Below are positions 9,999 to 20,443 of a stretch of 64,000 bases of DNA, one piece after another. The notes under the pieces were generated by a model. It searched no databases. It was not told where the DNA came from and saw only the letters and a list, made by a program, of their open reading frames with translations. Location of the stretch: the sequence record NZ_CP041047.1. One strand, given 5' to 3'. Position numbers and translations under genes: made by a program. Position 1 is the stretch's first letter; every line of letters begins with the position of its first letter. Source of the DNA: a plasmid.

Positions 9999-10297
9999 TT
10001 GTAACCATCGATAAAAGCGGTGCCAACATGGCGGCGCTGGCCACACTCAACGCCAGTAAACCTGAAGAAGAAACCATCACCATCAGGCAGAGTAAATACC
10101 TGAACAACCTGATTGAGCAGGACCATCGGAATATCAAACGCCGAATACGACAGATACTGGGGTTCAAATCATTTCGGCGAGCGCAGACGATAATGGAGGG
10201 CATTGAGTTAGTGCATATGATACGTAAAGGGCAATATCAGCATCCCGCTGAAGAGCCTTTATCACCGGCGGAACAATTTTACCTGTTGGTTGCCTAA
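9999..10297 (+). pseudogene. IS6-family transposase, C-terminal part downstream of the IS2-like insertion
   Basis: ...VVTIDKSGANMAALATLN...RQSKYLNNLIEQDHRNIKRRIRQILGFKSF... Confidence 0.65.
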
Positions 10298-10491
10298 AAT
10301 ATAGACAGCGCAATAATTACTGACTTGTCTACGCTAATGCGACAGAACCCAACGAGCTGGATTGCCAATCGGCGAAGACCTCTACGGCAGAAAATCCGAG
10401 CGTAACAACGAGCGGCCAATACAGCTTCGCTCCGGTTGAGTTGCCATGAATATGGCCATCGTGTGCTTACATGATTTTGATTCCGTTTATT

Positions 10492-11232
10492 TTACAAAAG
10501 CCCCCAGATGATCTTGACGGCGGTCCCTAACAGGACGAATCCAATGATGTATTTAAGCTGTTGCCCTTTGAGTTTTTCGCTCATTAACCACGCGCCAAAT
10601 GCAGCCCCTCCCGCCGATGCGATACCGGTGGCACCGACCAGCGAATAATCCATTCCCGAAAGCGTTGCGTGGGCAAAGAAACCGGTCAGAGAAGCAAACA
10701 CGACCACGAAAGAAGCGGTTGCTGACGCCCGTTTGGGTTCCAGCCCGGCCCCCACGAGTGCCGGGACGATGATGCTGCCACCTCCAACCCCTAACAGGCC
10801 ACCGACAAAACCCGCAACACCGCCAAGGGACAAACTACTCAACATCTGGCTTCGCGCACTACGCTGAATTCCAGAAGATTTTGGCGCGTACAACAACATC
10901 ATGAGGCTGGCAAAAATAAGAAAACCGGAGAACAGCCACAGTAGAAAATGGCGGTCTAACCTTTGGCTGACATGAACCCCGATTGGCGACAAAACCACGG
11001 CCACAATCAAAATGGGGAGTGCCAACCGCCATTCGACCAAACGCTTGCGAATGAATGTCGTTGTCGACACGCTCGTCGATATGGCATTCAGAAGCAAGGC
11101 GGTGGCCATCGCTGCATGAATTTCGACCCCTAGTGCCAAGAAGATCGGAACCAGAATAAAAGCGGCTCCGACTCCGGCCATGGCCATGATAGCGGTTAGA
11201 AAAAACGTTGCAACGGCAGCGATGGCAAGCAT
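10492..11232 (-). CDS. TauE/SafE family sulfite exporter
   Basis: DUF81 two-repeat membrane protein with GVGGGSIIVP/GVGAAFILVP motifs. Confidence 0.8.
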   Translation of the reverse strand: MLAIAAVATFFLTAIMAMAGVGAAFILVPIFLALGVEIHAAMATALLLNAISTSVSTTTFIRKRLVEWRLALPILIVAVVLSPIGVHVSQRLDRHFLLWLFSGFLIFASLMMLLYAPKSSGIQRSARSQMLSSLSLGGVAGFVGGLLGVGGGSIIVPALVGAGLEPKRASATASFVVVFASLTGFFAHATLSGMDYSLVGATGIASAGGAAFGAWLMSEKLKGQQLKYIIGFVLLGTAVKIIWGLL

Positions 11233-11241
11233 TTCAATTCC

Positions 11242-11865
11242 TTAGCAAAATGAGGATACAGTATGTCCAGCCAGTTTTTCCTGGCAAGGAATGCAAAGCC
11301 GTCCCGCTTCCGTGTCGATCAGTTTATCGACAAAGACACGTTCCCCACATTTGGCGCATAGTTCCGTGTCAAAGCAGCTTTTACCGCGTGGAAGTTCAAA
11401 CGGCTTCTTTAGCCCGATATCGAGAAACATTTCTTCCGGCATCGATATGACCTTGTTAACCAGGGGGTCAGTGACTTCGGCGGGAATATCCTGTGGCGCT
11501 ATGCCTTGTTTGCGTTGGGCAACAAAAGGCGAGTTGAGCATGTTGCCGAAAAACTCGTCCTTTAGCCGTACACGTACTGAGCGCCCGGTCTTCACGTCTA
11601 TCAGAGTGAAAGCCATCTTGTTGTAATAGCGCTTCTCGATGTTCGACTTGCCGTAGGTGCATCCCGTAGCCGACATTACGCCATCCAGAAAGCATCCCGC
11701 AGCATGGCCTTTCCCTGTTTCTGCTATGACATGCAGCTCCTTGTCTTCTGCCCGTTCCACACCGAGCGCTCTCATCGCTGCTTGCGCAGCACGGTAGCCT
11801 AAAGGCATTGCTGGACACTTATGGCCGTGAAAGACCATCGCCGCTTCGAATTCATCGTGTGTCAT
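11242..11865 (-). CDS. FmdE-domain protein with C-terminal zinc ribbon (start taken at MTHDEF; the ORF is open to 11910)
   Basis: FHGHKCP...GCTYGK motif region typical of the FmdE family. C-terminal CxxC...CxxC zinc ribbon. RBS GGAGA before the ATG at 11865. Confidence 0.6.
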   Translation of the reverse strand: MTHDEFEAAMVFHGHKCPAMPLGYRAAQAAMRALGVERAEDKELHVIAETGKGHAAGCFLDGVMSATGCTYGKSNIEKRYYNKMAFTLIDVKTGRSVRVRLKDEFFGNMLNSPFVAQRKQGIAPQDIPAEVTDPLVNKVISMPEEMFLDIGLKKPFELPRGKSCFDTELCAKCGERVFVDKLIDTEAGRLCIPCQEKLAGHTVSSFC

Positions 11866-12405
11866 TACTCTATCTCCTTCGTGAGTCGCGTAGCTTCCTG
11901 ATGAAGCCACTATCTTGAAGACGAATGAACTCGCAAAAGGATGCAGAAATTTTCTTCGAGATTGATTTCAGTAATCCTCACGCCGAGGTGCGTGGTAACA
12001 AGCCCGACCACTGTAGTCAAAGTGCACTTGGCAATTACGTATCAACACCTCGCGCAACCGCTGACGAATTCTCCGTAACCTAGACTTCACGACGGAAAGA
12101 CTTAACTCATGAGTATCGGCAAATTCTTGCTTACAAATGCTGTGCTGGGGGCAGTTTGGATATCGAATCTATGGTCACTCCCGTTTTTGCAACACTGATT
12201 TTCGACGATATCATTGGCTTGCTTAAATCTATCCAGCGTCAGAATCGCGCCACGATGAGTTCTGCGCCTGATGAACCTCAGAAAAATCATACGGCTTCAG
12301 ATGAGCCATTCCGATATACAGGTTCTTCAACAGGCCGGTCGGCCGTTTGTATCATCAATGATCAGCATTCGCAAACCAGATAGGTGATTGTTTAAAAATT
12401 TATTG

Positions 12406-12789
12406 TTAGAGACTTACGACGCGAACGTCTGTTGTCGCGTCGTAAGCACCCAGGCTATCCTGGCCAGCTTGTTTGCGAGTGCGCAGGTCACAACAAAGTT
12501 GCTTTTTCTGCACATTAATTCCCTGGCCCAGTTTGCCTTTCTGGTGTTCTAGTTTTTGTTTTTTGTATGAACACTCTGGGGCACTGGACCAGTAATATTC
12601 GGATCTTTTTGTTGCCTCGTTTGCTGATCCCCAACAGAGTTGTTCGACCACCGGTGCTGTACTCACGTGGAAGCAGCCCCGTTGCCGCTGCGAAGTCACG
12701 ACTACTGGCGTAGTGTTTCCCATCGCCAAGCTCAGTGGAAATAGTACTGACCGTGAGCGTTCCCACACAGGGAATGGTCAATAGACGTT
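12406..12789 (-). pseudogene. 3' fragment of a second IS110-family transposase (frameshifted) with a terminal hairpin
   Basis: ...ELGDGKHYASSRDFAAATGLLPREYSTGGRTTLLGISKRGNKKIRILLVQ... then, in a shifted frame, ...NFVVTCALANKLARIAWVL.... A palindrome lies at the 3' end (12412..12448). Confidence 0.55.
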
Positions 12790-13817
12790 GGCCACAACAG
12801 CCTGCCAGTACCTTCTGCGCTCAACCAACATACAAACCCAACGGCTGAATGAGTCATTCCTTTTCTCAGCGCCAATAAGCACTGAAAGATCCCCCTGTAC
12901 CAAGAGCGTTCGCAGATACGAATAACCGGCTTTTGTGATCCTGCCGAGCTTCGGCTTTCCGCCGCTGCTGTATTGTGATTGCGTCAGTCCCAGCCAGGCG
13001 GCCAGTTGACGTCCATTTTTAAAATCATGTGCATTACCGATACTGGCGACCAGCGCACAGGCAGTTGTGGGGCCAACGCCCTTTAGCTCCATCAGCCGCT
13101 GACTGCGATGATCTGTTTTGGCCATGCGGGACAAAATTCGGTCATATTCAGTGATGTTAGCTTCAATGTGTTCCAGCAAATCATCAACACATTGCTGAAC
13201 CTGAAGCGGTAAAGAGCTCTTCTGCACAGAAACTATGTGGCGCAGGGCATCAGTATTTTGTGGCGCGATGACACCGAATTCAGATATCAATCCTCGCAGA
13301 CGATTATACGTTGCTGTTTTCTCTTCTATGAAACCCTGACGGGTGCGGTGTAAGCATTGCATTGCATCGCCTGCTGGCTTTCGTCCTTCACGGGTACAAA
13401 TCGCATATGTGGGCGACGAACCGCTTCACAGATAGCCTGAGCATCAGCTGCATCATTCTTCCCTGATTTGCCGGCCATGCGGTAAGTAGACACAAATTTA
13501 GCGGCCATCAGACGTGGCTCATGACCATACTGCCGAAATAACCTTGCCAAGTAGTGAGCCCCAGAGCATGCTTCCATCCCGATAACACAGGGAGGCAAAC
13601 CTGCAATGGACTCAGGAAGAGCAGCACGCGAAACTTTAGGTTTAACCAGAACAGTTCTGCCATTCTGATCAACACCGTGAACAGCAAACACATTTTTAGC
13701 AAGATCGATACCGACAGTCGTGATAGTCATAACGAATTACTCCGGGACGATGTGTACCCCATGATTGCACAAGAGTTAATCAGGCGCATAATCAGGGAAA
13801 GTCCCTTCCATTCGTTA
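12790..13817 (-). mobile_element. IS110-family element copy (a), 3'-truncated, with a disrupted transposase
   Basis: Transposase split into 13326..13730 and 12778..13362, about 90% identical to the intact copy at 19247..20269. The 5' end sequence ..AACGAATGGAAGGGAC.. is shared with copy (b). Homology breaks at 12789/12790. Confidence 0.65.
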
Positions 13818-13867
13818 AGATGATTTTTTGTACGGTTATGGCCCGATCAAAGACCGAGCCGAATGGG

Positions 13868-14239
13868 TTAACTCTCACCGAAGATAATTTTCTCGAGATC
13901 CTGCAAGTCCTGCTGTGATTGCTCGTTAAGGTTGGCCTCTGTTTTGTCGTACCAGCTAAGTAACTTCTGGCCAAGTGGTGTCAAAACCGAGCCTCCACCT
14001 TTGCTGCCGCCTGTTGACGTGATGACCACGGGCTTACCTATCCCTTTGTTTAACGTATCAATCAGGAGCCACGCCCTTTTATAGGGTATACCCAAATCTT
14101 TTGCGGCGGCTGACAGGGAATGAAACCCATCTATAGCGCGCAATAGATCGATTTTACCCGGCCCCAGCGAGATGTTGTCATTAATGTAAATTCGGGGTCT
14201 GACCAAAATAAAATCAGATATAAGCGCTTTTTTATTCAT
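13868..14239 (-). CDS. ModE-N-terminal-like winged-HTH transcriptional regulator
   Basis: LGPGKIDLLRAIDGFHSLSAAAKDLGIPYKRAWLLIDTLN matches the ModE/LysR-type HTH. Sits upstream of the TauE gene. Confidence 0.6.
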   Translation of the reverse strand: MNKKALISDFILVRPRIYINDNISLGPGKIDLLRAIDGFHSLSAAAKDLGIPYKRAWLLIDTLNKGIGKPVVITSTGGSKGGGSVLTPLGQKLLSWYDKTEANLNEQSQQDLQDLEKIIFGES

Positions 14240-14258
14240 CCTGATACCTTTCTCGAAA

Positions 14259-15071
14259 TTATTTTTGCCGGGTGTGTTTGAACGTTTTGATGGCGGAGAT
14301 AAGAAGGATCACCCCAAGTAAAGTCATAAGTACTTTAACCGGGAACAGGCCGACCAGAAGTCCGCCAATTGCCGCACCAATCACAGATCCGATGACCATC
14401 CATACAAACAGCGGCCTTTCTTTTTTCAGAATCTGGAAAGCATCTGCATTTGTATAACGGGAAAAACCAACAATCATTGTGGGCAGGCTAATCATCAATG
14501 ACAGGCTTCCGGCCAGTTTGATATCAACCCCGAACAGGATAACGATTGTGGGGATCAGAAGCTCACCGCCTGCCACACCGAGCAATGCTGCGACTATCCC
14601 GATAAAGAACCCTGAAATCACACCTGCAATAATTGTGGCAATACCGGGTTGAAATAACCCGCCGGAAATACTGTGCAGTGGTAGCCATGCTTCTGAGAAC
14701 ATGACGAACGACAGTAAAACAAGGAGGAGCAGAATGATTCTGTCCAGCCAGATTCTGGACATCTTAATGGCGCGGCCTGCGGCCCACCATGCCCCAATAA
14801 GACTTCCTGCCAGTAAATTCATGACAATATCAAGATGCTCTACCAACTGATCGGTGGCTATCGATTTTGTGCGGAAAATTAGAGCGATAGCGACAACAGC
14901 GAGGCTCATTGCTTTGTTAAAGATGACGGCTTCCAGGGTGGGTATTTTGAAACTACCGATCAGGACGGGAAGGCGAAACTCAGCCCCACCGAGCCCAATC
15001 AGCCCTCCTAAAGCCCCAATTACCGCGCCTGAGAAAAAACCTTTTCCATTCCTTTTTGAAACTGATGACAT
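14259..15071 (-). CDS. TauE/SafE family sulfite exporter
   Basis: DUF81 membrane protein with GLGGAEFRLP and GVAGGELLIP repeats. Confidence 0.8.
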   Translation of the reverse strand: MSSVSKRNGKGFFSGAVIGALGGLIGLGGAEFRLPVLIGSFKIPTLEAVIFNKAMSLAVVAIALIFRTKSIATDQLVEHLDIVMNLLAGSLIGAWWAAGRAIKMSRIWLDRIILLLLVLLSFVMFSEAWLPLHSISGGLFQPGIATIIAGVISGFFIGIVAALLGVAGGELLIPTIVILFGVDIKLAGSLSLMISLPTMIVGFSRYTNADAFQILKKERPLFVWMVIGSVIGAAIGGLLVGLFPVKVLMTLLGVILLISAIKTFKHTRQK

Positions 15072-15185
15072 GCATTCCTCTCTGATTCGTTATGTCATTC
15101 TTGACATAACGATGAGCATAGCATTTCAGATGATAAGTTTGATAGTACGTTGTATAGGCGGGAATTGATCCAGCTTAAAGCTGAT

Positions 15186-15827
15186 TCAATCAGTACCGGT
15201 GATTTTATTAAGCGCCTGTATCCGACAAACCTGAGAAGAACTGTAGCCGGTTGCTTCTGCTGTCTCCCGTATACTGAGTTTCTTAACCTGTCGGTAGTAC
15301 AACACCTTCTGGTGTCGTTCACTGTCTGCCTGCTTGCCCCGGTATTTACCCAGGGAATGAGCACGCTCAATTCCCTGTTGCTGTCGCTGGCGACGACTCA
15401 GCCAGTCCTTATGCGACATTGCGGCCATCAGATCGATCAACATATTGTTGATCGCCGTGATAACTGCGCGGGTTATCGGGTCAGCCTGTGAAGGATCTTT
15501 ATCTGACAGAGCCTGCCATGAAGTTGGGACGTCAAGACTGACGATCCGCAGTTCATGTTGCTCAATCTGCTTTTTCAGCGTCATCCAGTCGCTGTTGCTC
15601 AGACGGGTCAGACGGTCTATCTGCTCGACAAGTAAAATATCATTGTGGTGACTGTCCATTAGCAGGCGTCCCAGCTCCGGGCGGTCGAGTTTTGTTCCGC
15701 TGATATTCTCCCGGTAGTAACTGGCTATTTTATACCCTCGTTCCTGAACGAACTGCTCCAGCATATCTTTTGCTCGATCGGCAAACTGATCTTCCGTCGA
15801 CGCTCTCAAATAAGCTCTGATGAACAT
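15186..15827 (-). CDS. Serine recombinase/resolvase (Tn3-family TnpR-like)
   Basis: N-terminal MFIRAYLRASTEDQ catalytic-Ser motif. C-terminal HTH. Lies 140 bp from a 38-bp Tn3-type IR. Confidence 0.8.
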   Translation of the reverse strand: MFIRAYLRASTEDQFADRAKDMLEQFVQERGYKIASYYRENISGTKLDRPELGRLLMDSHHNDILLVEQIDRLTRLSNSDWMTLKKQIEQHELRIVSLDVPTSWQALSDKDPSQADPITRAVITAINNMLIDLMAAMSHKDWLSRRQRQQQGIERAHSLGKYRGKQADSERHQKVLYYRQVKKLSIRETAEATGYSSSQVCRIQALNKITGTD

Positions 15828-15943
15828 TTTTTCACCGCATTATCGCTTTTAGGTTATTGCATTTATTCTATCGCATATAGGTTATGTCATTCATCGTGTA
15901 CCGTCACGTTTTTATTATGGCGTCAGGGTGTACCCTATTGCTA

Positions 15944-15972
15944 CAGGTAAGCCTGTTCAAAAAACAGGCTTA
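15944..15972. repeat. Perfect 11-bp-stem hairpin GGTAAGCCTGTT-CAAAAA-ACAGGCTTACC overlapping the inner end of the Tn3-type IR
   Basis: Read directly. Confidence 0.5.
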
Positions 15973-16006
15973 CCGTACAATAATTCTCTATATCCAAACT
16001 GACCCC
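15969..16006 (-). repeat. 38-bp Tn3-family-type terminal inverted repeat (reverse complement GGGGTCAGTTTGGATATAGAGAATTATTGTACGGTAAG)
   Basis: GGGG...TAAG, 38 bp. A near-identical copy lies at 21781..21818 in the same orientation. Confidence 0.6.
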
Positions 16007-16077
16007 TGTAACAGCCTTTCTGGCTGTTTGTATATAATTATGAAAAAATGGTGAGTAGAGTTTCAGGGTAACAGGGG

Positions 16078-17292
16078 ATGCTTATGTCGGTTTTCCACAA
16101 CTGGCTACTTGAGATCGCATGTGAGAATTACTTCGTCTACATCAAACGCCTTTCCGCCAACGATACCGGCGCAACAGGTGGTCACCAGGTAGGGCTTTAT
16201 ATCCCTTCAGGTATCGTTGAAAAACTCTTTCCGTCTATCAACCATACCCGTGAACTGAACCCTTCGGTTTTTCTCACCGCACATGTGTCATCGCATGATT
16301 GCCCTGACAGCGAAGCCCGGGCAATTTATTATAACAGCCGTCATTTTGGTAAAACCCGGAATGAAAAAAGGATTACCCGCTGGGGTAGAGGCAGCCCACT
16401 TCAGAATCCTGAAAATACAGGGGCTCTGACGCTCCTGGCTTTCAAGCTTGATGAGCAAGGGGGGGACTGTAAGGAAGTAAATATTTGGGTATGCGCCAGC
16501 ACTGATGAAGAGGACGTCATTGAGACCGCTATTGGTGAAGTTATACCCGGAGCGCTTATATCCGGCCCCGCAGGACAGATTCTAGGCGGACTATCTCTAC
16601 AGCAAGCGCCAGTAAATCATAAATATATTCTACCTGAAGACTGGCACCTGCGCTTTCCGTCGGGAAGTGAAATTATTCAGTATGCAGCCAGCCATTATGT
16701 GAAAAATTCCCTTGATCCGGATGAGCAACTTCTTGACCGCCGGCGCGTGGAGTACGACATATTTCTATTGGTTGAGGAACTGCATGTTCTGGATATCATC
16801 CGGAAAGGATTTGGCTCTGTGGATGAATTTATTGCGCTGGCCAATTCTGTCAGCAATCGCCGTAAATCCAGAGCCGGGAAGTCGCTGGAACTGCACCTGG
16901 AGCATCTATTCATTGAGCACGGCCTGCGACACTTTGCGACGCAGGCCATCACAGAAGGTAATAAAAAACCCGATTTCCTTTTCCCTTCCGCAGGGGCTTA
17001 CCACGATACTGAGTTTCCCGTAGAAAATCTGCGCATGCTGGCAGTCAAGACTACCTGTAAGGATCGCTGGCGTCAGATACTGAATGAGGCTGATAAAATT
17101 CATCAGGTGCATCTGTTTACACTCCAGGAGGGAGTTTCTCTGGCTCAATATCGGGAGATGCGGGAGTCGGGTGTCAGATTGGTCGTGCCATCATCTCTGC
17201 ACAAAAAATACCCGGAGGCGGTGAGAGCTGAGCTAATGACGCTAGGTGCGTTTATTGCTGAGCTGACAGGGCTTTACGCAGATATTCCATAG
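16078..17292 (+). CDS. ecoRIIR: Type IIE restriction endonuclease EcoRII
   Basis: Protein begins M(L)MSVFHNWLLEIACENYFVYIKRLSANDTGATGGHQVGLYIP, recognised as R.EcoRII (about 404 aa). Confidence 0.9.
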   Translation: MLMSVFHNWLLEIACENYFVYIKRLSANDTGATGGHQVGLYIPSGIVEKLFPSINHTRELNPSVFLTAHVSSHDCPDSEARAIYYNSRHFGKTRNEKRITRWGRGSPLQNPENTGALTLLAFKLDEQGGDCKEVNIWVCASTDEEDVIETAIGEVIPGALISGPAGQILGGLSLQQAPVNHKYILPEDWHLRFPSGSEIIQYAASHYVKNSLDPDEQLLDRRRVEYDIFLLVEELHVLDIIRKGFGSVDEFIALANSVSNRRKSRAGKSLELHLEHLFIEHGLRHFATQAITEGNKKPDFLFPSAGAYHDTEFPVENLRMLAVKTTCKDRWRQILNEADKIHQVHLFTLQEGVSLAQYREMRESGVRLVVPSSLHKKYPEAVRAELMTLGAFIAELTGLYADIP

Positions 17293-17325
17293 ATTATCTC
17301 CCGGCATAAATACCGGGAGGAGCGA

Positions 17326-18759
17326 TCAGATTCGTTCAACCTTGCACGAATCGGCATTAACCGCTTTCAGGATATAAGGTTCAAGCAGTTTGGCTACGGC
17401 TTCAAACACGGGCACCACTACGGAGTTACCGAACTGCCTGTACGACTGAGTGTCTGACACAGGAATGCGAAAAGGCCTGCCATCTACTTTTTCAAAACCC
17501 ATAAGGCGCGCGCACTCTCGTGGAGTCAGCCTGCGGGGCCGATGCGCCTGATTTTCTTCGTTCGCGAAGTCTGTTTCACCTGTGGCCATATCCCAGCCAC
17601 GGTCTATCAGAATTTCAGACCCGTCTTTGTGATAGCGAGCAGAAAGCGTACGGGCAATGCTTTCTTTATTTTCAGGATTAACGAGGCCAAAACCGAATCC
17701 GTTACCCTTAGCTGCGTGCTTTTTGGCGTAGTTATAGAGATACTCCCAGAGTTTCGACGTCAGTATATATTTGCTGTCAACCACGGGTTCCAGCAGTTCG
17801 CCAAATGACGGACGCTGTTCCGGATAAAAACGACTAATATCGCGCAGGGTAAAGCCCTGGTGAATGTTCAGATCACGACGGAAACCGACCAAAACGATAC
17901 GTTCTCGGTGCTGAGGTAAAAAGTGCTTTCCGTCGATAACTTTAGGATCGTTTTTGCCCATCTCAGCTGCATCCGCAACTTCATAGCCCAGTTCGTCGAG
18001 GGTATCCATGATGACTTTAAAGGTTTTACCCTTGTCATGGCTCTTCAGGTTTTTAACGTTTTCAAGAACAAAGATGGCAGGTTTTTTTGCGCGGATAATA
18101 CGCGCCACATCGAAGAAAAGCGTTCCCTGAGCCTCACATTCGAAACCATGCGCGCGCCCGAGCGAGTTTTTCTTGCTTACGCCCGCAAGGCTGAACGGTT
18201 GACAGGGGAAACCTGCTAGAAGTACATCATGATCCGGCACATGCTCATTAATGTAAGCATAGGCATCGTTTTCAGGTACTTCAGGTTTATCACTGAGCGT
18301 GACTTCCCGAATATCGAGATTGAAAGTGTGTTCCTGAGCATCGTTAAACCAGTTAGCTTTATATGTGCGCACAGCCTCTTTATTCCATTCACTGGTAAAA
18401 ACGCACTGGCCACCGATGGTTTCGAAGCCCTTCCGTATACCTCCAATCCCAGCAAACAGGTCAATAAACCGGAAGGCATAGTCAGGGTGATGTGCAGGCG
18501 CTTCCGGAAGCATTTTTCGTAGAAGTTCCTCTTCGGCTAACGTCAGCGCCTTAGGTGAGCACTTACCATTAATCCAGCGATTAAGAGTCTCGCGACTCCA
18601 CTCATTTTTACCAACTTTTCTAAGCAGTTCAGCCACGTACTTCTGGTCATAGATTTCCAGCACCTGCCCGAGCAGCTTTTTATCATTTTCCTGTCGCAGT
18701 TGTTCTTCCGCTTCTGCTTTCTCAAGCAGATCCTGCGCCAGTAATTCAAATTCAGACAT
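17326..18759 (-). CDS. ecoRIIM: DNA-cytosine C5 methyltransferase M.EcoRII (start at MSEFELLAQ; the ORF is open to 18801)
   Basis: [23 protein letters not shown]... recognised as M.EcoRII. C5-MTase motifs FAGIGG, PCQPFS, ENV. Convergent with the R gene. Confidence 0.9.
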   Translation of the reverse strand: MSEFELLAQDLLEKAEAEEQLRQENDKKLLGQVLEIYDQKYVAELLRKVGKNEWSRETLNRWINGKCSPKALTLAEEELLRKMLPEAPAHHPDYAFRFIDLFAGIGGIRKGFETIGGQCVFTSEWNKEAVRTYKANWFNDAQEHTFNLDIREVTLSDKPEVPENDAYAYINEHVPDHDVLLAGFPCQPFSLAGVSKKNSLGRAHGFECEAQGTLFFDVARIIRAKKPAIFVLENVKNLKSHDKGKTFKVIMDTLDELGYEVADAAEMGKNDPKVIDGKHFLPQHRERIVLVGFRRDLNIHQGFTLRDISRFYPEQRPSFGELLEPVVDSKYILTSKLWEYLYNYAKKHAAKGNGFGFGLVNPENKESIARTLSARYHKDGSEILIDRGWDMATGETDFANEENQAHRPRRLTPRECARLMGFEKVDGRPFRIPVSDTQSYRQFGNSVVVPVFEAVAKLLEPYILKAVNADSCKVERI

Positions 18760-18860
18760 ATTGCCTCCATTGGGTCTTATGGGTGAAACTGTATCACTCA
18801 TTTGACCCAGATTGAATGTTTTTATCTGGATATTTAAACAGGTTTATTGTTAGGTAACGC

Positions 18861-19090
18861 ACGTTGGCCACGCTGGAGCGTCTTCTGGGCCTGCTGTCGG
18901 CCTTTGAGGTCGTGGTATGGATGACGGATGGCTGGCCGCTGTATGAACCCCGCCTGAAGGGAAAGCTGCACGTTATCAGCAAGCGTTACACTCAGCGCAT
19001 TGAGTGACATAACCTGAATCTGAGACAACATCTGGCAAGGCTGGGACGGAAGTCACTGTCGTTCTCAAAATCGGTGGAGCTGCATGACAT
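18861..19090 (+). pseudogene. IS1-family fragment (3' part of an insB-like transposase gene, in-frame stop)
   Basis: ...[59 protein letters not shown] follows the IS1 InsB C-terminus. Flanking sequence is unrelated to IS1 ends. Confidence 0.6.
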
Positions 19091-19161
19091 GACTCTGAGG
19101 TGTCTGTTAAACCCGTGGCGATTCAAAGCGGACCGTCATACCTGCTTTAGTCACTGGCTTA

Positions 19162-20443
19162 GCGAATGGAAGGGACTTCCCCTGGATATGCGCCTGGTTA
19201 ACTTTCATGCAATCATGGGATAAACATTGACCCAGAGGGATTCGTTATGACCATCACCACTGTCGGTATCGATCTTGCTAAAAATGTGTTTGCTGTTCAC
19301 TGCGTTGACCAAAATGGTAAAGCAGTTCTGGTTAAACCCAAGGTGTCGCGTGCAGCACTTTCTGAACTCATCGCTGGTTTACCTCCCTGTGTCATTGGAA
19401 TGGAAGCCTGCTCGGGTGCCCACTATTGGGCAAGATTATTCAGGCAGTATGGCCATGATGTCCGGTTGATGGCACCGAAATTTGTCTCACCCTATCGCAT
19501 GGCGGGTAAGACCGGGAAAAATGATGCAGCTGATGCAATAGCTATTTGTGAGGCTGTGCAGCGGCCGCACATGCGCTTTGTACCCGTCAAAGACGAAAGC
19601 CAGCAGGCAATGCAATGCTTACATAGGACAAGACAGGGATTTATTCAGGAAAGAACAGCGACGTATAACCGTCTTCGGGGGTTGGTATCTGAATTCGGGG
19701 TTATTGCCCCACAAAGCACTGATGCTCTGCGTCATGCTGTTTCTGACCAGAAGGAAACTCTGCCAGTACAGGTCAGGCTGTGCATTGATGATCTATTAGC
19801 ACATGTCACTAATATTGAAGAGAAAATCGCCGAATATGACAGGGTGTTATCTCGTGTTGCCAAAACAGATCATCGCAGCCAGCAGTTAATGGAACTGAAA
19901 GGTATTGGGCCCACAACGGCGAGTGCGCTGGTCGCCAGTATTGGCAATGCCCATGATTTTAAGAACGGGCGCCAACTGGCAGCCTGGTTGGGGCTAACGC
20001 CATCACAATACAGTAGTGGCGGAAAATCAAAGCTTGGCAGGATAACAAAAGCGGGTGATGCCTACCTGCGAACCCTGCTGGTCCAGGGAGCCCGTTCTGT
20101 TATGGTAGGGGCAGAGAATAGAACGGACTCGTTTAGCCGTTGGGTCTGCTCGTTGATTGGTAGGCGGGGATACTGGCGTGCTGTCGTTGCAATCGCCGCC
20201 AAGAATGCGAGGTTGTGCTGGGCATCATTACATTACGGCGATGACTTCAGACTGTATTCAACAACGTGAAAAATTAAACTGAGTAGTAACTGAACTGTAA
20301 CTCGTTGATGGTAAAGGGTTAGACCCCCGTGAGAAGTATCTGCATATCCTACTGGATATCACTATCCGATTAACGAAGGAGGATCTCACGAGCGTCTTTC
20401 ATCAGGGTCCGAATCAATAGCGATTCAGCGTGACCGTTTATAG
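19162..20443 (+). mobile_element. IS110-family element copy (b), apparently intact, immediately abutted by IS26
   Basis: Shared 5' end AGCGAATGGAAGGGAC. 3' region ...GTGACCGTTTATA matches the end of fragment (c). Carries an intact 340-aa transposase. Confidence 0.65.
19247..20269 (+). CDS. IS110-family (DEDD) transposase
   Basis: MTITTVGIDLAKNVFAVH... N-terminal RuvC-like DEDD domain. C-terminal ...GIGPTTASALVASIGNAHDFKNGRQLAAWLGLTP... (Transposase_20 domain). Confidence 0.8.
   Translation: MTITTVGIDLAKNVFAVHCVDQNGKAVLVKPKVSRAALSELIAGLPPCVIGMEACSGAHYWARLFRQYGHDVRLMAPKFVSPYRMAGKTGKNDAADAIAICEAVQRPHMRFVPVKDESQQAMQCLHRTRQGFIQERTATYNRLRGLVSEFGVIAPQSTDALRHAVSDQKETLPVQVRLCIDDLLAHVTNIEEKIAEYDRVLSRVAKTDHRSQQLMELKGIGPTTASALVASIGNAHDFKNGRQLAAWLGLTPSQYSSGGKSKLGRITKAGDAYLRTLLVQGARSVMVGAENRTDSFSRWVCSLIGRRGYWRAVVAIAAKNARLCWASLHYGDDFRLYSTT

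Larger units (their letters stand above)
8502..10349 (+). mobile_element. IS6-family insertion sequence (about 794 bp excluding the nested IS2-like element). Transposase is frameshifted and interrupted.
   Basis: Terminal IRs GGTTCTGACGCATTA (8502) and, as reverse complement at 10349, GGTTCTGTCGCATTA. Encodes an IS6-type transposase (…DETYIKIKGQWKYLYR…, …RQSKYLNNLIEQDHRNIKRR…). No flanking direct repeat. Confidence 0.7.

Noticed and set aside
9985-10010. GTTGTAAC core resembling a Ter site (TGAGGTTGTAACCATCG)
   Set aside because: Only the 8-bp core matches. The flanking positions, including the critical G6 context, do not fit the 23-bp Ter consensus. It lies inside the IS6-family transposase reading frame at the IS2 junction.
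12109-12383. Small ORFs between fmdE-like gene and IS110 fragment (for example 12156..12383, 75 aa)
   Set aside because: No RBS, no homology pattern. Likely residual sequence of whatever the IS110-family element inserted into.
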